Below the pieces are notes generated by a model. That model ran no database searches, had not been told where the DNA came from, and was given only the letters and a program-made list of their open reading frames with translations. The position numbers and the translations under genes were made by a program. A stretch of DNA of 64,000 bases from a virus (taxonomy: Duplodnaviria > Caudoviricetes): the IMG/VR virus record IMGVR_UViG_638276483_000001, positions 1 to 64,000 of that record, one strand, 5' to 3'. Each line of letters begins with the position of its first letter. Position 1 is the stretch's first letter. Below, in pieces: positions 57,443 through 64,000 of the stretch.

Positions 57443-57811
57443 GTGAGCGACTTCCCATACGGAATCTGTCCCGCTCAGGTGGATGGGTTTACTGCCGACG
57501 GGCGCCCTTTCTATTACCGCTGTCGCCATGCCCGCTGGACTATCGCCATAGGCGAGGTGGGCTGGGGAGCGAACTGCCTGTCTTGGCCGGGGAGCTACCG
57601 CGAACGAATCGAGTTCTCCGGTAAAGGTGACTACGCGTCCAAGGTTGAGGTGGACGCCCTTCTGACCGAGCACCTGGGCGAGGGGTGGCGCCAAGCCACG
57701 TGGGAAGAGTGCCTCTTCACCGAGACGTGCAAGTGCGGAAAAGACTTTGAGTCCAGCGGCAGCACGATCTGCACGGAATGCATGGTGAAGAAGTTCCGGG
57801 GAGACGGATGA
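57443..57811 (+). CDS. hypothetical protein
   Basis: CPAQVDG...PFYYRCRH motif. Confidence 0.6.
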   Translation: MSDFPYGICPAQVDGFTADGRPFYYRCRHARWTIAIGEVGWGANCLSWPGSYRERIEFSGKGDYASKVEVDALLTEHLGEGWRQATWEECLFTETCKCGKDFESSGSTICTECMVKKFRGDG

Positions 57812-57998
57812 TCTGGGATTACGCGCTGGACACCGACGACTTCGCCTACACCGCCACAGGCCAGCAGCCCCGAGGTGCCCCCGGGCCGCGGTCTGCGGAG
57901 AGTGTGGAGCCCCCGCCGGCCCGTACTACTCGTTAACGCGTCGAGCTTGATTTGGCAAATATTGCCGCACCCGTAGGTTATGTCCGGTAGCCTGGGCA

Positions 57999-58250
57999 AT
58001 GATGCTACGAGGGGTTTTAGCAGTAGCGATCATGGTGGGGATTAGCGTGGCGGGGGCCGCGCCCGCAGGTGCGGATGGCTGTTCTCGACCGGTCGTGCTA
58101 CTCAACGGTGAAGAAGTGCAGCAGCACCAGCCGACGTTGCGGTGCAACGGCGTGGGTGGTTCATTGGGCGGCGGTGGAGCGCGCCCCAGGGGCCTCCTGG
58201 GCGACTTTCCGATAGTGGGCAACCTACCCGGGCTAGGTGGCATCCTTTAA
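57999..58250 (+). CDS. putative secreted protein
   Basis: Signal peptide ending APAGA. Confidence 0.55.
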   Translation: MMLRGVLAVAIMVGISVAGAAPAGADGCSRPVVLLNGEEVQQHQPTLRCNGVGGSLGGGGARPRGLLGDFPIVGNLPGLGGIL

Positions 58251-58940
58251 GGCTCGCCGCAGCTTGCTGAAGCCCTTCATCTTTTGCTGCCACGAATAGG
58301 CGGCCGCCAGGGCGAAGCCCGCCAGCCACACCGCGGTGCCCATGAGGATCACCCAGTAGGCGCGCTCCCCGCCCCATAGGTTGACGTCGGTCATCATACA
58401 CACGAGGGCGGCCATCTGGCCGAGCTGGGCCAGAAAACCTGCGGCGCAGGGCACCAGGAACAGGATGGCCATGCGCCGCTGCCGCTCATCGCAGACGAGG
58501 ACCAGTAGCGCCAGGATCGCAAACCCTAGAAGGTACGCGGTGGTTGCGGTCATCACCGTGGAATAGATCTCCAGGTACAGCGGGATGCTCCATCGCCGTC
58601 CGTGCAACTCGGCCGTAAACCCTCCGCCGAGGAATAGCGCACCCAGCATGGCGAGCACGCCCACGATCATCGGATTGGCCACCCACCGTCGGACGATGTG
58701 CCAGGTGTCTCCTTCTATGCGGGAGACCGCGGTGGTGGCGATGGCCCCGGCGCCGGCGACGAGGCAGATGTGTCCGGCCACCTGGAGCAGGCCGAGACAA
58801 AAGGTGAGAACGATGCTGAGCCCAAGGAGGGCTACAGCGATGGTGGACGCCAGCTCCCAGCGCAGGGACCAGGTCATCCATCGCACCCGGAGGCTCCAGC
58901 CGAGGCAGGAGAGGGCAGCGATCGTTAGGGCGGTTGTCAT
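58233..58940 (-). CDS. multi-pass membrane protein downstream of repressor
   Basis: About seven hydrophobic segments. Confidence 0.8.
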   Translation of the reverse strand: MTTALTIAALSCLGWSLRVRWMTWSLRWELASTIAVALLGLSIVLTFCLGLLQVAGHICLVAGAGAIATTAVSRIEGDTWHIVRRWVANPMIVGVLAMLGALFLGGGFTAELHGRRWSIPLYLEIYSTVMTATTAYLLGFAILALLVLVCDERQRRMAILFLVPCAAGFLAQLGQMAALVCMMTDVNLWGGERAYWVILMGTAVWLAGFALAAAYSWQQKMKGFSKLRRALKDAT

Positions 58941-59046
58941 GCTTGGCCTTCAGAAAAAAGAAGCGGAACGGTCACGGCCAAGTAAACCCTTTATTAAACA
59001 AGATCAACAGGGGCTTAAGAAGATATTAAGGCCCGTTGCCGAATTG

Positions 59047-59466
59047 TTATATGGGCGGAGCATCCTGACGGGCGCGGAACCTAGCCAGCCTGCCCGTCGT
59101 CTTCCTCGTCGCCACTTTTAAAGAGCTGGGCTCAGTCCTGTCCAGGACCTCTTCCAGCAGCCGCTCGGTCTCCACCATGCCGAGGTCGGGCTCATGCCGC
59201 ACAACGGTGTCGTACTCCTCTTTCCGGCCGTAGCCGGCGGCGGCCATCGCGTCGGGCAGGGTGGAGCCCTCGCCGAACTGGCGCCAGAAGTTCACCACCT
59301 TGTCGGCCGACGGGCGCTTGAAACCCTCGGCCTTGATCCAGTTGCCGACCATCGATCCCGATGCGTCGACCAGTTCGCCGATCTGTTCGTTGGTTAGATC
59401 GCCCCGGTGTGCCTCTAGTTGACGCAGCACGTACCGGGACCATGTCTGCGCGTAATCCTCATCCAT
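59047..59466 (-). CDS. immunity repressor (XRE HTH)
   Basis: TNEQIGELVDASGSMVGNW..RPS; divergent from Cro-like gene. Confidence 0.8.
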   Translation of the reverse strand: MDEDYAQTWSRYVLRQLEAHRGDLTNEQIGELVDASGSMVGNWIKAEGFKRPSADKVVNFWRQFGEGSTLPDAMAAAGYGRKEEYDTVVRHEPDLGMVETERLLEEVLDRTEPSSLKVATRKTTGRLARFRARQDAPPI

Positions 59467-59645
59467 GGTGATAACGCTACTCCATCGTATTGAGATGTTG
59501 CAACAGTGTCGATTTAACTGCAGTGCGGATTTCGTAGCCAAAACCGCTGCTCAGGAACTAATCCGTTGTCTCGCAACAATGTAACTCGACGCCCGAAAGC
59601 GTTGCGGCAACGCAACATTTCGAGGCTGGGGCGTTTGCCAACTCC

Positions 59646-59675
59646 TTGCGCAGGGTAGGGCCATCGCACTACAGT
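59646..59675 (+). promoter_or_regulatory. early lytic promoter candidate
   Basis: TTGCGC-18 nt-TACAGT upstream of cro. Confidence 0.55.
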
Positions 59676-59745
59676 GAAGCGCATCACGAAGTGCAGTTCA
59701 CTTGCACAGCAACACCAGGGCAGTACCTGAAGGGGATGGTGACTG

Positions 59746-59970
59746 ATGGCTTATTTCCGCGTGAATCACAGGGGTTTTCAAAGCCTCAAGGAGCAGGGCG
59801 TCGCGAAGAGCGATCGGGCGATCGCTCAACTGCTCCAAGTTGATCCCGCAACAATGTCCCGCGTTCTACGAGGGAAGACGGAGCCAACCGGGCGCTTGGT
59901 CGCCGGCGCGGTGGCAGCCCTCGGGCCGAGCTGGCTGGGCATCCTCTTCGACGTTGTGGAAGAGAAGTGA
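59746..59970 (+). CDS. Cro-like HTH protein
   Basis: IAQLLQVDPATMSRVLRGKTEP. Confidence 0.82.
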   Translation: MAYFRVNHRGFQSLKEQGVAKSDRAIAQLLQVDPATMSRVLRGKTEPTGRLVAGAVAALGPSWLGILFDVVEEK

Positions 59971-60218
59971 AGACCTGCTACCGCGGTCACGAGCGGTCCG
60001 AGGCAAACACCTACATCTTCTTCGATTCGCAGACCGGCCAGAAGAAGCACATGTGCCGGGAATGCCGCAGGAAAGTTGGCCGAGTGTGCGGCTACTGCAA
60101 CACCGCGTTCACCACGACCCTGCAACACGATTCGTGGGTCTGCCCAACCTGCACCGCGGGCGGGGCTTCCACCACTGATTACGCACCCTTGGGTTCCACC
60201 TGGGTGACGAGCGGCTAG
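59967..60218 (+). CDS. Cys-rich hypothetical protein
   Basis: CYRGH, CREC, CGYC, CPTC. Confidence 0.6.
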   Translation: MKTCYRGHERSEANTYIFFDSQTGQKKHMCRECRRKVGRVCGYCNTAFTTTLQHDSWVCPTCTAGGASTTDYAPLGSTWVTSG

Positions 60219-60227
60219 GAGACAAAC

Positions 60228-60593
60228 ATGAGGAACAAAGCCCTGCTCAACGAGGTCATGGACTTCATCCTGAAGTACCCCGAGGCGCACAATCAGGGCG
60301 TCTACTTCAACGAGTGCGGTACAGCCGCCTGCTTCGCGGGCTGGACCTGCTACCTGGCGGGATACGACAGGTTCCCAGGAGCCTGGAACTACGTCGCCGA
60401 CCCCGAATCCCCAGAGGGATTCGATCACGCTTCGTACAAGGCCCGGGACCTTCTCGGACTTACCGTGGCGGAAGCGATCGAGCTCTTCGATGGCGACAAC
60501 ACCCCGGAGGATCTCCAGCGGATGGTTGCCAACCTCGTTGCTGACAGGCCCGTCGATAGCGACAGCCGCTACTGGCAGAGTGCGGATCAGTAA
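60228..60593 (+). CDS. hypothetical protein
   Basis: CGTAACFAGW motif; AGGAG RBS. Confidence 0.7.
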   Translation: MRNKALLNEVMDFILKYPEAHNQGVYFNECGTAACFAGWTCYLAGYDRFPGAWNYVADPESPEGFDHASYKARDLLGLTVAEAIELFDGDNTPEDLQRMVANLVADRPVDSDSRYWQSADQ

Positions 60594-61394
60594 ATGATCC
60601 CCGCACTCGCGCATCTCGAAGCCCGCCAGAGGCACCTCTGGGACACCGTCGCCTACAGCGGCAACCAGAAGCTCGACATCTGGCTTCCGGAAAGCCCGGA
60701 GAACGCGCCGGTCTTCATGTTCATCCCCGGCGGGGCCTGGACCATTGGCGACCGCCGCGGCCAGGGCTACGCCATCATGTCCCACCTCGTCCAGCAGGGC
60801 TGGATCTGCGTGGCGATCGACTACCGCACCGCCCCCAAGAACCATTGGCCGGCCCCTTTCGAAGATGTGTCCGCCGCTTTCCACTGGGTGAGGGCCAACA
60901 TCCACCAATACGGTGGGGGAGACTTCCTGGCCGTCGGCGGGGCCTCGGCCGGAGGTCACATGGCCTCACTTCTCGGATTGACTGACTGGTCCTTCTCTAA
61001 ACCTGATGCAGTGGTTTCTTTGTACGGGGTTTACGACTGGACCTCGAAGAGCCTGGATCACTGGCTGATCAACCGTTACGTCCAGCACGTGGTGGTGGGC
61101 CGGCGCGACCACGACACCCTCCGGATCTCCTCGCCGATCCACCAGATCCACCGCGACGCCCCGCCCTTCCTCATCATCCAGGGCGACTGCGATCTGGTTA
61201 CCCCACAAAGCGGGGCGAAGAAGTTCTTCAAGAAGCTGAAGGAAACCTCTCTCAACCACGCGGTGTATCACCGGGTGCCGGGCGGTATTCACGGCTTCGA
61301 CCTTCTCCAGGGGTGGCAGACCGATAGGGCCATCGACGCGATCGACGACTTTCTCACCACAGCTCGTATTCCCGGTCTTTTGGAGGCGTCATGA
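60594..61394 (+). CDS. alpha/beta-hydrolase esterase/lipase
   Basis: PGGAW, GASAGG, GDCD, HGFD. Confidence 0.9.
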   Translation: MIPALAHLEARQRHLWDTVAYSGNQKLDIWLPESPENAPVFMFIPGGAWTIGDRRGQGYAIMSHLVQQGWICVAIDYRTAPKNHWPAPFEDVSAAFHWVRANIHQYGGGDFLAVGGASAGGHMASLLGLTDWSFSKPDAVVSLYGVYDWTSKSLDHWLINRYVQHVVVGRRDHDTLRISSPIHQIHRDAPPFLIIQGDCDLVTPQSGAKKFFKKLKETSLNHAVYHRVPGGIHGFDLLQGWQTDRAIDAIDDFLTTARIPGLLEAS

Positions 61395-61661
61395 CCGACA
61401 GCACCATGCTCCGCGAAGCGGCCATCAAGAAGCTGATGGACATTCAGGAGGCGTGTCGCGCCGAACTCTTGCAGCACCCGATGCGGGCGTACCGCGGTAT
61501 CAGCCTCGCCAACGAAATCCTCGACATCATCAAGGGGGAGTGATGACTACCCAGGCGATCATCTTCTTCTCTTCCGTGGCAATGGTTCCGGCCCTCGCCT
61601 TCGTTATCGGTGGCGCGCAGGCCTGGGCTGAGCGGTGGTCTTATCGACGGGACTTCTGGCG

Positions 61662-62039
61662 ATGAGGACCTGCACAATTCCGGGGTGCGAGAAGAAGCAC
61701 CACGCTCGCGGCTTCTGCGTCGTGCACTACGGCCGCTGGACCCGCAGCTCCGACGAGCCCCGCGGCAACTACCGCCGCAGCCACCGGTCGGATTGCAAGC
61801 TGGAATGGTGCAACGGGCGGTTCTACGCCAAGGATCTCTGCCGGTTCCATCACCAGCGTCTCCTCCGCGGCAAGGCCATGGACGACCCGCGCGGCAACGT
61901 CGGGATCTTCGATTGGGCGGCGTGCGGGACGCCGGCGCAATACAGGAAGCACTTCCGGCACGGCATCCCCTTGTGCGACGCATGCCGGAAAGCTGAGAGT
62001 CGACGTCAGAAGGACCGCCGCGAGAAGGCAAAGCGATGA
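61662..62039 (+). CDS. Cys/His-rich hypothetical protein
   Basis: CTIPGC..ARGFC..H repeats; CGT...CDAC. Confidence 0.65.
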   Translation: MRTCTIPGCEKKHHARGFCVVHYGRWTRSSDEPRGNYRRSHRSDCKLEWCNGRFYAKDLCRFHHQRLLRGKAMDDPRGNVGIFDWAACGTPAQYRKHFRHGIPLCDACRKAESRRQKDRREKAKR

Positions 62040-62350
62040 AAGATTCTTCCGAACCTTTACGGGGATCTGATCATCCCAATGCTAAAGTTGACCTTGAGCA
62101 AATCCTCGGAAACTGGAGGCCAGCGTGTGGATTGCGGGAGGACATGCCAGCGCTTTCGGTGTGTGGGAATCCCGCCACGCATGTACTCAACTTTCATGGC
62201 GGACATTTTGTTCATCTGACTTGCATCCCCTGCTACCTCCTCTACATGGAGGCAATCCGTCAGTGGATTGAAACATCCCCCAAGGTGGAATGCACCGCCT
62301 GCGGAGAAGGCGTAGATGCACTCGTTCATCTCAAGCTAACTCCGCTCTAA
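62036..62350 (+). CDS. hypothetical protein
   Basis: ATGA overlap; Cys pairs. Confidence 0.55.
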   Translation: MKDSSEPLRGSDHPNAKVDLEQILGNWRPACGLREDMPALSVCGNPATHVLNFHGGHFVHLTCIPCYLLYMEAIRQWIETSPKVECTACGEGVDALVHLKLTPL

Positions 62351-62616
62351 GAAACTTCCCCGGCCAAGAGCCGGCGGGCAAAACTTAAAAGCTTCAACCG
62401 GCGGAATGCCAGCTCCCTCCCAAGTAGACGGGGGTGACGATTCCATCAGCCTTTAGGTGCCGTACGAAGCGTTATATGTGTGACGGGTTAAGTGCTACAG
62501 GGGCCTGAAAAGGCCGCCCGCGGGGACATAGAAACCTCGCCGTTAGCCGCAAGGCGCGTAGACCCACCTCGGTGGAGGATTAAGCTTACCCAAATCTTTT
62601 TGCAGAGAAATCTGCA

Positions 62617-62677
62617 GCGCACGGCCGGAATGGTTCGGCACGAATTCGTCAAGGTTCAAATCCTTGCGTGCGCACCA
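62617..62677 (+). ncRNA. tRNA-like RNA lacking an anticodon loop
   Basis: GCGCACG/CGTGCGC acceptor + A-CCA; D-like arm GCCG-GAATGGTT-CGGC; T arm CAAGG-TTCAAAT-CCTTG; only ACGAATTCGT between them. Confidence 0.75.
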
Positions 62678-62678
62678 G

Positions 62679-62738
62679 TCGCGGGGAGTCGAGCCGGCTT
62701 GTTCTAGCCGAGTGTCGGTTCCTCCCCGCGATTTTTTG
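62679..62738 (+). terminator. hairpin/terminator after tRNA-like RNA
   Basis: tcgcggggag...ctccccgcga followed by tttttt. Confidence 0.7.
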
Positions 62739-62763
62739 TACCCAAAATCAGGGAGGTTCGCCC

Positions 62764-63063
62764 ATGCTCGGACGTTTCACTGAAGATCAGCAAGTTCTGC
62801 TCGCCTGCTACTGGGCGCTCTCCGACGCCCACCCGCCTCACAAGGGCGAGCTGCGAAAGATGTTCCGCAGCAAGGTGGATACCTCAACCGCGGAGCACGC
62901 GGTGATCTCCGCCCGCCGCGCCGAGGACTTCCACATCGGCATCGCCGGTGCCCTCACCGAACTCTCCAAGGCCACTCAGAAATACCCCCGCTACGCCTTC
63001 GACCGTTTCCGTCGGGGGACGGGCGTTCCCAACCATCGCAAGGTGCGGGTCCGTGACAACTGA
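62764..63063 (+). CDS. hypothetical protein
   Basis: GGAGG RBS. Confidence 0.65.
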   Translation: MLGRFTEDQQVLLACYWALSDAHPPHKGELRKMFRSKVDTSTAEHAVISARRAEDFHIGIAGALTELSKATQKYPRYAFDRFRRGTGVPNHRKVRVRDN

Positions 63064-63353
63064 CCAGGCGGCGAAGATCCTTTATCTCGCCTATCACAAA
63101 GACCGCTACGCCCCGCATTGGGAATCCGCCCCGGACCAGTCGCGGTGGCGACAGACTGCCGCAGCACTCCTCCGGGAGATGAAATGATCTTCGTTGAGAT
63201 CGAATGCGACAACCCGAGCTGCCCCAACGGCAGTGAGTATGTTGACGTCTACCTCGACGCGTGGCGCCGGGGCGCGCCCGTAAACACCTACCTCCCCGAG
63301 GGATGGCGTGTGGCGAACGCGGTGGAGCGCCCTGATTGCGCGGGGATCGAAGA

Positions 63354-63578
63354 GTGAACGCGGCCGAGATAATGCAGCGCCGGATCGACCTCTATGAACA
63401 CCTGACCGATATCGATCAAGCATTGCGGCTACTGGTCGGCGGGCCCATGACCCCAGGGGCTGAAGAAACGGCATTCGAACTCCTTGAGGAGAGGGACATG
63501 GTGTGCCACCTCATGCGAGAGGTCGGCTACGAACCTTGGGATTCCCCTTTCTCCGAAGATGAAACGAAGGTCTTATGA
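63354..63578 (+). CDS. hypothetical protein
   Basis: Overlap chain. Confidence 0.55.
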   Translation: MNAAEIMQRRIDLYEHLTDIDQALRLLVGGPMTPGAEETAFELLEERDMVCHLMREVGYEPWDSPFSEDETKVL

Positions 63579-63778
63579 ACTACGAATACGAACTGGTGAT
63601 CGCCAAGAACGCCGCAAGGGAAACTGAGGCGTTGATCCGCAACGCCCTCGAATACCTGGCGGAGGCCCGCTCCACGGTGATCGATCACCTCTCCGCCCCC
63701 AATGACATCTACGCCCGGCTGACCATTGTTCAGGACCTCGGCCTGGTGGAAGACAATCTCCGAAAGGCTCTGAATTGA
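63575..63778 (+). CDS. hypothetical protein
   Basis: ATGA overlap. Confidence 0.6.
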   Translation: MNYEYELVIAKNAARETEALIRNALEYLAEARSTVIDHLSAPNDIYARLTIVQDLGLVEDNLRKALN

Positions 63779-63908
63779 AGACCCTGAAAACCTTCGCTAT
63801 TGCCGGCGCGGTTGCCACCGCATTCACCGCGGTCGGCCTTGTTACGGCACGCCCCGCCGAGGCGGTCCCCGGCCAGTGTGGGGGCGCGATCGTGTTCGGC
63901 AGCGGCGG

Positions 63909-64000
63909 GTGCTAACCGAGCGCTGGATGCCGATTCCGGGCCTTCCGGGGTATGAGGCCAGCTCGCTCGGCCGTGTCAGGTCCCTGCCCAGGCGGATTAC
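63909..64000 (+). CDS. NUMOD4-type endonuclease, 5' part (runs off window)
   Basis: MLTERWMPIPGLPGYEASSLGRVRSLPR. Confidence 0.75.
   Translation, partial: MLTERWMPIPGLPGYEASSLGRVRSLPRRI

Noticed and set aside
59058-59075. Self-target of U8 at the repressor 3' end
   Set aside because: Only 14 of 18 positions match, which is not distinguishable from chance.
62351-62677. tmRNA
   Set aside because: No Ala-type acceptor with a G3-U70 pair and no evident tag reading frame; the acceptor stem closes locally over 61 nt.

Overview
Left ~64 kb of a temperate, high-GC mycobacteriophage genome whose organisation resembles cluster J (Omega-like). It contains a terminase with a class 3 intein, portal/protease/HK97 capsid, glycosyltransferases, tail genes, a lysis cassette, Lsr2, excise/integrase/attP (tRNA-Leu type) and repressor/Cro. 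The main finding is a leftward cassette at ~14.16-16.61 kb inside the head/glycosylation operon. It holds 12 stem-loop units with the near-invariant architecture stem-CCA-[9 nt]-CGACACCCA-[9 nt]-CG-stem and unique spacers. The units are interleaved with a Nop-domain (IS110-related, RuvC-less) gene and an unknown 166-aa gene, and driven by two candidate SigA-like promoters. This fits a phage-encoded TIGR-Tas (TasA-type) dual-spacer RNA-guided system rather than an IS110 transposase. A second notable element is a structured non-coding region at ~62.35-62.74 kb containing a 61-nt tRNA-like RNA with no anticodon loop. All calls come from manual reading of the sequence; no database searches were run.
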